Below are positions 1 to 8,246 of a DNA stretch of 34,974 nt, piece by piece (the first letter of the stretch is position 1; every line of letters starts with the position of its first letter). Source of the stretch: Candidatus Arcticimaribacter sp. (lineage in GTDB: Bacteria > Bacteroidota > Bacteroidia > Flavobacteriales > Flavobacteriaceae); the NCBI GenBank assembly GCA_011526275.1, contig WTJP01000115.1, forward strand, positions 1 through 34,974. The letters are read 5' to 3'. The notes beneath the pieces were generated by a model. It searched no databases. It saw nothing but the letters and a program-made list of their open reading frames with translations, and was not told the origin of the DNA. Made by a program: the position numbers and the translations under genes.

Positions 1-49
1 GAGAATGTTACTTGTAGTCTTTGGGGGTAAGAATAACCACCTTCCAACG

Positions 50-1897
50 TTACTCCACAGTAACCGACTTCGCCAAGTTTCTTGGTTGGTCCACATTACA
101 ACCGCGTTGTACAGCGATATAGTAAGAGAGTAGTTGTAATGGAATGGTCGATAAAATAGGGACAAAAGGTTCTGCTGCATCAGGGATTTCTAGACAGTAG
201 TCGGCTAATCCTTTGACCTGGGTATCTCCTTCGCTCACCAAAGCGATAATGCGTCCTTCTCTAGATTTAATCTCTTGGATATTGGAGACTACTTTTTCGT
301 AGTGTCCTTTTTTGGTGGCAATCACCACGACCGGCATTTCTTTGTCAATAAGCGCAATGGGGCCGTGTTTCATTTCCGCGGCAGGATACCCCTCGGCATG
401 GATATAGGAAATCTCTTTTAGCTTTAACGCACCTTCAAGGGCAACGGGGAAGTTATACCCTCGACCTAAATAGATACAGTTCTGTGCTGTTTCAAATGAG
501 GCCGCTACTTCTTCTATAAAGGCGCGTGATTTCAAGATGTGTTCCACCTTGCTGGGGAGGGTTTCTAGTTCCGTGACATACTCTTGGTATTGGGAACGTG
601 AAAGGGTGCCGTTGGCTTTTCCTAGATACAAACCAATCAATGAAATCACGGTGATTTGCGTCGTAAAGGCTTTGGTCGAAGCCACCCCTATTTCTGGCCC
701 TGCGTGGGTGTAACAACCGGTGTCGGTTATACGGGAAATGGTCGAACCAACCACATTGCAAATTCCATAAACAAAAGCCCCTTTTTCTTTGGCGATATTG
801 ATGGCTGCAATGGTATCGGCGGTTTCTCCAGACTGGGAAATTGCAATCACCACATCGTCGGGATATATAATGGGGTTGCGGTAACGGAACTCTGAGGCGT
901 ATTCTACCTCAACGGGAATACGTGTAAATTCTTCAAATAAATATTCGGCCACCAAACCAGCATGCCATGAAGTCCCACAAGCAATCACTAGTATGCGTTT
1001 GGCCTTGAGGAAACGGTTTTCATGTTCGCGAAGGCTCGACAGGGTAATGACTCCTTCATTAGACAATAAACGTCCGCGTAAAGTGTCTTGAATGGCCTTT
1101 GGCTGCTCAAAAATTTCTTTGAGCATAAAATGATCATAGCCGCCTTTTTGAATGTTCTCCAAACTCATTTGAAGTTCTTCTACATAAGGCTCTATAAGGC
1201 TATCGTCATTTATTTTACGGATGCGAACCTCTCTTCCGCGACGGATAATGGCCAAGTGCTCCTCCTCTAAATAAATAACCTCCTTGGTATATTCAATAAA
1301 CGGGGTGGCATCGGAAGCGACAAAAAACTCTTCTTCACCAATTCCAATCGCTAACGGGCTTCCCAAGCGAGCAGCGATAATTTCGTTGGGTTTGCGTTGG
1401 TCAAACACCACAATGGCATAGGCCCCGATAACTTGCGACAAGGCAATTTGCACTGCCTTCCCAAGCTTCACCCCTTTGCGCTCTTTAACATCCTCGATCA
1501 AATTGACCAACACCTCGGTGTCGGTGTCAGAATGAAAAGTGAAACCACGATGCGTTAATTCCTCTTTTAAGGAAGCATAATTTTCTATGATCCCGTTGTG
1601 AACAATAACTAAATTTCCTGAATTCGACGTTTGTGGGTGTGCGTTAGTATCGTTTGGAACGCCGTGGGTAGCCCAACGGGTATGACCCATGGCCAAACTA
1701 GACTCTTGTTTAGGGTACTGACTGAGCTTCTCTTCTAGGTCGCTTACTTTCCCCTTGGTCTTGAGTGTGTGTAAACCTGCTGCATTGTAGATGGAAATCC
1801 CCGTCGAGTCATATCCGCGGTATTCCAAACGCTTCAAACCTTTGATCACTATAGGCTGCGCTTGTCGGTCTCCAATATAAGCTACAATTCCACACAT
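50..1897 (-). CDS. glmS: Glutamine--fructose-6-phosphate aminotransferase (isomerizing)
   Basis: 615 aa; N-terminal MCGIV (catalytic Cys), GHTRWATHG, HNGIIEN, SQSGETAD, C-terminal PRNLAKSVTVE. Confidence 0.98.
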   Translation of the reverse strand: MCGIVAYIGDRQAQPIVIKGLKRLEYRGYDSTGISIYNAAGLHTLKTKGKVSDLEEKLSQYPKQESSLAMGHTRWATHGVPNDTNAHPQTSNSGNLVIVHNGIIENYASLKEELTHRGFTFHSDTDTEVLVNLIEDVKERKGVKLGKAVQIALSQVIGAYAIVVFDQRKPNEIIAARLGSPLAIGIGEEEFFVASDATPFIEYTKEVIYLEEEHLAIIRRGREVRIRKINDDSLIEPYVEELQMSLENIQKGGYDHFMLKEIFEQPKAIQDTLRGRLLSNEGVITLSSLREHENRFLKAKRILVIACGTSWHAGLVAEYLFEEFTRIPVEVEYASEFRYRNPIIYPDDVVIAISQSGETADTIAAINIAKEKGAFVYGICNVVGSTISRITDTGCYTHAGPEIGVASTKAFTTQITVISLIGLYLGKANGTLSRSQYQEYVTELETLPSKVEHILKSRAFIEEVAASFETAQNCIYLGRGYNFPVALEGALKLKEISYIHAEGYPAAEMKHGPIALIDKEMPVVVIATKKGHYEKVVSNIQEIKSREGRIIALVSEGDTQVKGLADYCLEIPDAAEPFVPILSTIPLQLLSYYIAVQRGCNVDQPRNLAKSVTVE

Positions 1898-1902
1898 AAA
1901 AT

Positions 1903-3720
1903 TTAGTTATCGAAATTGGTGTAAATCACCTCTAACTTCAATCGCATATTTTCAAGTCCCGCTTCAGGTTGTGGCCCAACCAAAACCGTTCCTAAGGGGT
2001 TTGCAATGGCCGCAACCGGGAAATTGATTGTATCGTCTTGATTAATTAAAGCTGTCTTATAGCCAATGGCATTAATGTCGGAAGTTACAACCAACCCTAA
2101 AGCAATGTTCTCGGAAAGACTCTCGTCTTCTGAACGCAATAGATTAGAAATGTGTTCTGTTATTCTAAACTTGTAGCGATAGGGTCTTCCGTCTTGATAC
2201 TCTAGAATTCCGCTGTGAACCGTTTTCGTGTCTTCTGGATTAGCTCCATTGGTTGGATCAGAGAAATAGTCAACCAAGGGTAGATTATTATCCAAACGAT
2301 AGAGATACAAGCGTTCGGCAATGCGACTTTCAGCTGTCCAATTTTCGGTTAATGCAGGATCGACATAGAAAATTAAATTGGCTTCGTTCACTAGAATATT
2401 GGAAGATTTAAAGTCTTCTAGAAGTTGAGTGCTATCGTCTTGATCGAACAAAGTGATCTTCGCTCTTGAACCAAGTCCTCCCTCGAGCACGAGTCGTTCT
2501 TCGGCAGCAACATTGGTGTTGATAAGCGCCTCTCCTTCGTTTTCAAGGTGATTAATGCGCACTCCACCCAAAGGCATGACAAAGGTGCGCTGCGATTCGA
2601 CGATCTCGTCATCCTCGGTGTCGTCTGTTCCTTGGTTGACCACTGCATCGAAACCATAAGTCATTTTAATACTCGCAGCAGAGAGGTTTAACAGCATATA
2701 AATATCCTCTGATGCATCGTCCAGACGAATATTCAACCCTTTAACATGGGCGTTAAAGTAGTTTTGATTTTTCAGGTTGTCACTCCCCTCTTCATCCAAT
2801 AATTTACGTTGGAAATAGTCTGCATTTAGGGGAATGCGAATACGGGGAGAAAGACGGTTTTCAACTTGCGTGGTTTCATCTACATCGGGCGTCTCTGGAT
2901 CGTCTTCTTCATAATAAAACAAAATCTCATCAAAGTTCAACTGGTATTGTTCGTCGAAGAGTGTTTCTCCTGTAAATCCTTCTTCATAGAAATCGTTCCC
3001 TGCAAAATAATTCGCTGCGGTTTCAAAGTTATTATCGGGATCAAGACTATTGAGGAAATAGGTCAATTCAGTAACCTTCAAATGAATAGCAGCGTTGCGG
3101 TTCCCGTAAATAGAGTCAATGGCATAGAATTGACTCCCAGAATCATAGCCGTCATTGGCTTCGTCTTCGCTATCGTTTACCCCGTCTCCATCAGAATCGG
3201 CATCCAAAGGGTTGGTCCCGCGCTGGGCTTCTTCTAAATCGGTTAAACCGTCACCATCAGAATCACTGTTTGGATCACTGCTATCAACATCCAAAGTGTC
3301 GATGAGTCCGTCGTTGTCTTGATCGTCTTGATTGACCAAAAAAGGAATTTCCAAGAAGGCTGAAATTACACGCTCATTTTCTTGAATGATATTGACATTG
3401 GTAGAATCGGTTGCGTCTTCAATTGCTTGAGAATACAATCCAAAAGTGGGATTAGATTGTACAGTAATTTGACTGGTTATGGACGCTTTTTTTCGGCCAA
3501 AGAAAGGGAAGTTATAGTTTCCAAAATGAACCACAGCTTGTTGATCGAACTGCACATCGTCTAAAACATCTTGGGCAACGTAAACTGGAAATTCACGTGT
3601 TTCTGTGTCAAAAACATCGGTAGAAACCAGCTCTGCGCCTACATTGTTGTACTCAGGGTTACAGGCGGTTAACAAAAGGGCAACAAGGCCAATAGTATAT
3701 ACTAAATTAAATCGCTTCAT
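1903..3720 (-). CDS. DUF4270-family lipoprotein with inserted acidic Ca-binding (TSP3-like DxDGDG) repeats
   Basis: 605 aa; lipobox LLLTA-C20; very acidic; NEANLIFYVD, YKFRIT.HI and KLEVIYT motifs recalled from DUF4270; lies between GT5-like gene and glmS as in other Bacteroidota. Confidence 0.75.
   Translation of the reverse strand: MKRFNLVYTIGLVALLLTACNPEYNNVGAELVSTDVFDTETREFPVYVAQDVLDDVQFDQQAVVHFGNYNFPFFGRKKASITSQITVQSNPTFGLYSQAIEDATDSTNVNIIQENERVISAFLEIPFLVNQDDQDNDGLIDTLDVDSSDPNSDSDGDGLTDLEEAQRGTNPLDADSDGDGVNDSEDEANDGYDSGSQFYAIDSIYGNRNAAIHLKVTELTYFLNSLDPDNNFETAANYFAGNDFYEEGFTGETLFDEQYQLNFDEILFYYEEDDPETPDVDETTQVENRLSPRIRIPLNADYFQRKLLDEEGSDNLKNQNYFNAHVKGLNIRLDDASEDIYMLLNLSAASIKMTYGFDAVVNQGTDDTEDDEIVESQRTFVMPLGGVRINHLENEGEALINTNVAAEERLVLEGGLGSRAKITLFDQDDSTQLLEDFKSSNILVNEANLIFYVDPALTENWTAESRIAERLYLYRLDNNLPLVDYFSDPTNGANPEDTKTVHSGILEYQDGRPYRYKFRITEHISNLLRSEDESLSENIALGLVVTSDINAIGYKTALINQDDTINFPVAAIANPLGTVLVGPQPEAGLENMRLKLEVIYTNFDN
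3151..3327 (-). repeat. Protein-level Ca-binding repeats (DQDNDG, DSDGDGLTDLEE..GTNPLDA, DSDGDG)
   Basis: aa 132-190 of the 605-aa ORF; matches the bacterial thrombospondin type-3 pattern DxDGDGLxDxxE...GTNP. Confidence 0.75.
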
Positions 3721-3725
3721 GGATC

Positions 3726-4526
3726 TTAGAGAAACTGCGTATTGAAGAATTCAACATAGGCGTTTTCGGCTGCAGTATCCGCATGCTTTAACAAAGGTAA
3801 ACCACTTGCTTCTGCTTGTGCAACAATAGCAGGATCAACTGCATCGCTTGCCAATACTAGACCATCAGAATAACGAATAGCCAATTCCATCAATGCGTTG
3901 TAATTGGGTGTTTCAAGAGCTGTTAGATTTTCATCGATCTGATCGAAAGCAATTTTATCCTTGATATCTGCGGCTAAATCTCCATTCAAATCGTTTTCAT
4001 AGAGGGCGGTTACCAATTTGCTTTGCTCAAAAATGGGATCTTCAGCAAAATATGTCTTCATGTAAAGCGGGAAGAGCGCGGTAAACCAACCGTGTAAAAG
4101 AATAATATCTGGCGACCAGTTTAATTTCTTTACGGTTTCAATCACTCCCTTGGTAAAGAAGATCATGCGTTCGTCGTTGTCCTCAAATAGTTTCCCGTCA
4201 CCATCGTGAAGAATATGCTTGCGCTTGAAGTATTCATCGTTATCGATAAAATAGACTTGCATGCGTTCTTTAGGGATAGAAGCCACCTTGATAATGAGCG
4301 GCATATCCATGTCGTTGATGACCAAATTCATGCCCGAAAGACGAATCACCTCGTGCAATTGATGGCGGCGTTCGTTGATTAAACCATAACGCGGCATAAA
4401 GATGCGGGTTTGTCCCCCAGCGTCGTTAATGGATTTGGGTATTTTAAACGAATTGATAGATCGTTCACTTTGAGGGAGATAGGGGATAACCTCTGAGGAT
4501 ATGACCAGTACTTTTTTATTTTGCAT
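3726..4526 (-). CDS. Glycogen/starch synthase-like protein (GT5 N-terminal domain only)
   Basis: 266 aa; KVLVISSEVIPY, RIFMPRYG, VYFIDNDEYF, DNDERMIFF and PDIILLHGW resemble the GlgA N-terminal domain; roughly half the length of GlgA. Confidence 0.8.
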   Translation of the reverse strand: MQNKKVLVISSEVIPYLPQSERSINSFKIPKSINDAGGQTRIFMPRYGLINERRHQLHEVIRLSGMNLVINDMDMPLIIKVASIPKERMQVYFIDNDEYFKRKHILHDGDGKLFEDNDERMIFFTKGVIETVKKLNWSPDIILLHGWFTALFPLYMKTYFAEDPIFEQSKLVTALYENDLNGDLAADIKDKIAFDQIDENLTALETPNYNALMELAIRYSDGLVLASDAVDPAIVAQAEASGLPLLKHADTAAENAYVEFFNTQFL

Positions 4527-4560
4527 AAAGACGATTTAACCTTCTAGCACGAAAGTTTAG

Positions 4561-4568
4561 CAAAATTA
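4561..4568 (-). promoter_or_regulatory. Bacteroidota -7 promoter element (TAATTTTG) for the GT5-like/DUF4270/glmS operon
   Basis: Exact TAnnTTTG match on the minus strand, 34 nt upstream of the ATG at 4526. Confidence 0.65.
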
Positions 4569-4627
4569 CAAAAAATCTTCCGATCATTAGAAAAAACAGT
4601 ACTTTTAGGCTGTTAATCTTTTCCTAA

Positions 4628-5467
4628 ATGAAGCTCTTCAAAGCGCTTGTCCCCCTAAAAAAACATCTCGACCAACAAAACCTAACCAGCCTTGGTTTGG
4701 TTCCCACTATGGGCGCTTTACACGATGGTCACTTGGCCTTAGTGAGAAAAGCGGTGGAGGAGAACGAGAAAGTCGTCGTCACCATTTTTGTCAACCCCAC
4801 ACAATTTGACGACCAAAAGGACCTAGATGCCTACCCTAAAACCTTGGAAGATGATTTAGAAAAATTGGCTTGCTTTGGCGAGAAAATAGCTGTTTATGCT
4901 CCTGAAGTAGAAGATCTTTACCCAAAAGAAGCAGTAAGCGAGCACTATGACTTTGGGGAACTGGAGACAACCATGGAGGGAGGTTCGCGGAAAGGACACT
5001 TTCAAGGGGTTGCCACCATCGTACAAAAACTACTCAAAGGCTTTATGCCTACTCGGGCTTACTTTGGAGAAAAAGACTACCAACAATTGGCCATTATTCA
5101 TGCCTTAGTACAGCAAAAAGAACTTCCCATTGAGATTGTTGATTGCCCCATAGTACGGGAAAAAGACGGTTTAGCCATGAGCTCGCGCAACCGCCGTTTA
5201 AACGAAAAACAAAGAGCAATTGCCCCACAAATTTATTCGTTACTGACGCAAGTCGTAGAAAAAAAGCACACCCACTCCATTGAAGAAATCAATCGTTGGG
5301 TAACTGCCTTTTTCGAGCAACAAGCCGAGTTTGAACTCGACTATTTTTGCATTGCCGATGCCCGCAGCCTACAACCCCTTCGCGATAAAAACACAACTCA
5401 AAATGCAAGAGCGTTTATCGCCGTGAAAATGGGTGAGATTCGCCTCATTGACAACGTCAAATTTTAA
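4628..5467 (+). CDS. panC: Pantoate--beta-alanine ligase
   Basis: VPTMGALHDGH, FVNPTQF, FGEKDYQQ, REKDGLAMSSRN, RLIDN. Confidence 0.98.
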   Translation: MKLFKALVPLKKHLDQQNLTSLGLVPTMGALHDGHLALVRKAVEENEKVVVTIFVNPTQFDDQKDLDAYPKTLEDDLEKLACFGEKIAVYAPEVEDLYPKEAVSEHYDFGELETTMEGGSRKGHFQGVATIVQKLLKGFMPTRAYFGEKDYQQLAIIHALVQQKELPIEIVDCPIVREKDGLAMSSRNRRLNEKQRAIAPQIYSLLTQVVEKKHTHSIEEINRWVTAFFEQQAEFELDYFCIADARSLQPLRDKNTTQNARAFIAVKMGEIRLIDNVKF

Positions 5468-5475
5468 TATCTTTG
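5468..5475 (+). promoter_or_regulatory. Bacteroidota -7 element (TATCTTTG) immediately before panD
   Basis: Exact TAnnTTTG match; TTG at 5448-5450 could be the -33 element. Confidence 0.55.
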
Positions 5476-5479
5476 CGGC

Positions 5480-5830
5480 ATGCAAATCGAAGTACTAAAA
5501 TCTAAGATTCACCGGGTTACCGTTACAGGAGCCGACCTCAACTATATTGGAAGCATAACCATCGACCGTGAACTCATGGATGCCGCTAACCTCATCGCAG
5601 GGGAAAAAGTGCAAATCGTCAATATCAATAACGGGGAACGACTGGAAACCTATGTAATTGAAGGCGCGAGAAATGAAGGAGAAATTACACTCAACGGACC
5701 TGCTGCTCGAAAAGTGCAAAAAGGAGATGTCATCATCATCATTAGCTATTGTAGCTTGCCTATAGAAGAAGCAAAACAACTTCAACCAAAACTGGTTTTC
5801 CCCAACGAGGAAACCAATCTACTCGCTTAA
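5480..5830 (+). CDS. panD: Aspartate 1-decarboxylase
   Basis: [15 protein letters not shown] pyruvoyl cleavage site, [15 protein letters not shown]. Confidence 0.98.
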   Translation: MQIEVLKSKIHRVTVTGADLNYIGSITIDRELMDAANLIAGEKVQIVNINNGERLETYVIEGARNEGEITLNGPAARKVQKGDVIIIISYCSLPIEEAKQLQPKLVFPNEETNLLA

Positions 5831-5833
5831 ATT

Positions 5834-6802
5834 TTGGAGAAGGCAACGAGAACCAAACTGCTTAAAACCCTCCTGCCCCTTGGGATTGGCGTCCTATTCA
5901 TTTATTTATCTTTAAGCAACACCACCGCCGAAGATCGAGCTACCATCTATGCTTCGATAAAAAATGCGCATTATGGGTATATTTTTATTTCCCTAATCAT
6001 GGGCTTGTTGAGCCATGTTTCACGGGCCTATCGTTGGAACTTTATGCTCCATCCGTTGGGTTATCGTCCGCGATTAATCAACAATGTGTTAGCGATCTTC
6101 ATTACCTATATTGCCAATTTAGGCGTCCCGCGATCAGGGGAACTTTTTCGGGCTACCGTGATGCAAACCTATGAGCAAATTCCCTTTGAGAAAAGCTTTG
6201 GCACCATCATTGCCGAACGTGCTGTTGACCTGCTCATGTTGCTTTTAACCATCGGTTTAGCCTTCTCCTTAGAGTCTGATATTTTATACGGTTTACTCGA
6301 AGACAAAGCCATTGATCCTTGGAAACTTGCTGCTAGTTTATGCCTTGGTGCAGCACTGTTTTACTTCTTTTTTCAGCGTATCAAAAATGCCGATCACCCC
6401 TTGGCTAAAAAAATCACCTCCTTGTTCAATGGGTTGAGCGAAGGTTTTTTAACCATCGTTCGCATGGAGAAAAAATGGGCCTATCTTTTCCATACGGTCT
6501 TTATTTGGGTCATGTATGTCGCCATGTTCTACATGATTAAATTCTCGCTGCCAGAGACCCAAGCCCTCAGCTTTGAACCCCTTTTGATTGGTTTTATTGT
6601 AGGGGCATTTGCCATCTCAGCAACCAATGGCGGAATTGGGATTTATCCTTTCTCGGTTTCCTTAGTCCTCATTAGCTATGGGATAACCAAAGAATCTAGC
6701 CTGGCTTTTGGCTGGATCATGTGGACGGCTCAAACCGTGATGGTGATCTTTTTTGGTAGTCTCTCCTTCTTATTACTTCCGTTGGTCAACCGAAAAAAGT
6801 AA
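5834..6802 (+). CDS. Lysylphosphatidylglycerol synthase TM-domain (flippase-like) membrane protein
   Basis: Multiple TM helices; RAYRW, ANLGVPRSGELFR, GTIIAERAVD and GGIGIY motifs; TTG start. Confidence 0.8.
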   Translation: MEKATRTKLLKTLLPLGIGVLFIYLSLSNTTAEDRATIYASIKNAHYGYIFISLIMGLLSHVSRAYRWNFMLHPLGYRPRLINNVLAIFITYIANLGVPRSGELFRATVMQTYEQIPFEKSFGTIIAERAVDLLMLLLTIGLAFSLESDILYGLLEDKAIDPWKLAASLCLGAALFYFFFQRIKNADHPLAKKITSLFNGLSEGFLTIVRMEKKWAYLFHTVFIWVMYVAMFYMIKFSLPETQALSFEPLLIGFIVGAFAISATNGGIGIYPFSVSLVLISYGITKESSLAFGWIMWTAQTVMVIFFGSLSFLLLPLVNRKK

Positions 6803-6849
6803 GTCCACTATTTCTTTGACACCAGCTTTAGCTTGGTTAATTTTAACCT

Positions 6850-8211
6850 ATGAGTAAAGTCAAAAAAGCTTTTTTTTGTCAAAAGTGTGGGGCACAACAC
6901 CCTCAATGGCAAGGGCAGTGTAATAGCTGCAAGGAGTGGAATACCCTGGTGGAAGAAGTGGTTGAAAAACCCACCAAAAAAGGATGGACCCCACCAGAAG
7001 AAAGCACTCCCTCGCGCAACCGCCCTATTCCTATAGCAGAAATTACCACCGACAAAGAAAGTCGTTTGCGTTGCCCCGATGAGGAGTTGGACAGGGTTTT
7101 AGGCGGTGGACTAGTTCCTGGTTCGGTAACCCTATTGGGCGGTGAACCCGGAATTGGGAAATCCACCCTTTTGCTGCAAATATCTTTACAACTGCAACAC
7201 AAGGTCTTGTATGTATCTGGAGAAGAAAGTCAACGTCAAATCAAACTTCGGGCTGACCGTATTCCTGCCAAAAACGACCATTGCTTTGTGTTGAGTGAAA
7301 CGCAAACCCAAAAAATATTTCATCAAATTGGGGAGATTGTCCCCGATGTGGTCATCATCGATTCCATTCAAACCCTGCAAACCGAATACATAGAAAGTAG
7401 TCCGGGAAGTGTATCTCAAATTAAAGAGTGTACCGCCGAATTGATTCAATTTGCCAAGCGAACCCACACCCCAGTAATCTTGGTGGGCCACATTACCAAA
7501 GATGGGAATATTGCCGGTCCAAAGGTCATGGAACACATGGTCGATACCGTGCTGCACTTTGAAGGCGACCGCAACCACATTTACCGTATTCTTCGCGCTC
7601 AAAAAAACCGTTTCGGTTCTACAGCCGAGATTGGAATTTACGAGATGCAATCCACGGGACTGCGCGGAGTAAACAACCCCAGTGAACTCTTGCTCACCCA
7701 AAGCGATGCGCAAATGAGCGGGCATGCTATTGCCAGTACAGTGGAAGGAGTTCGCCCTTTAATGCTTGAAGTTCAGGCCTTGGTGAGCAGTGCTGTTTAT
7801 GGCACCCCACAACGCAGTACCACCGGGTTTAATGCCAAACGCCTCAACATGCTTTTGGCCGTCTTGGAAAAACGAGCTGGCTTTCAATTGGGCGCAAAAG
7901 ATGTTTTCCTCAATATCACAGGGGGAATTAGCAGTGAAGACCCGGCCTTAGACCTCGCCGTAGTCGCCGCTATACTGTCGAGTCATCACGATATTGCCTT
8001 GGCCAAGAATACCTGTTTTGCGGCCGAGATTGGACTCTCGGGCGAACTTCGTCCTGTCCCAAAACTAGATCAACGCATTAGCGAAGCAGAAAAACTGGGC
8101 TTTGAGCGCATCATCACTGCTTCCTTCAAACAAAATGCCCTCCCAAAGGCTGGGATTGAAATTGTTATGTGTCAAAAAATTGAAGAAGTGGTCCAACATT
8201 TGTTTGGGTAA
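6850..8211 (+). CDS. radA: DNA repair protein RadA/Sms
   Basis: CQKC...CNSC Zn ribbon, Walker A GEPGIGKST, KNRFG motif, Lon-like C-terminus. Confidence 0.98.
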   Translation: MSKVKKAFFCQKCGAQHPQWQGQCNSCKEWNTLVEEVVEKPTKKGWTPPEESTPSRNRPIPIAEITTDKESRLRCPDEELDRVLGGGLVPGSVTLLGGEPGIGKSTLLLQISLQLQHKVLYVSGEESQRQIKLRADRIPAKNDHCFVLSETQTQKIFHQIGEIVPDVVIIDSIQTLQTEYIESSPGSVSQIKECTAELIQFAKRTHTPVILVGHITKDGNIAGPKVMEHMVDTVLHFEGDRNHIYRILRAQKNRFGSTAEIGIYEMQSTGLRGVNNPSELLLTQSDAQMSGHAIASTVEGVRPLMLEVQALVSSAVYGTPQRSTTGFNAKRLNMLLAVLEKRAGFQLGAKDVFLNITGGISSEDPALDLAVVAAILSSHHDIALAKNTCFAAEIGLSGELRPVPKLDQRISEAEKLGFERIITASFKQNALPKAGIEIVMCQKIEEVVQHLFG

Positions 8212-8246
8212 AAAAAACTACCTTAGGTTAACTAATTCATTTAACG

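Noticed and set aside
1898-1902. glmS ribozyme upstream of glmS
   Set aside because: Only 5 nt separate glmS from the upstream stop codon, and no ribozyme-like sequence was recognised
3726-4526. glgA pseudogene
   Set aside because: The ORF is intact, has no downstream frameshifted half and is tightly packed with the next gene
7186-7725. 179-aa antisense ORF within radA, and similar ORFs in glmS, gdhA, ileS (14288-14809), uvrC, pgi and accC
   Set aside because: Shadow ORFs on conserved genes with no recognisable motifs; explained by codon structure of the sense gene
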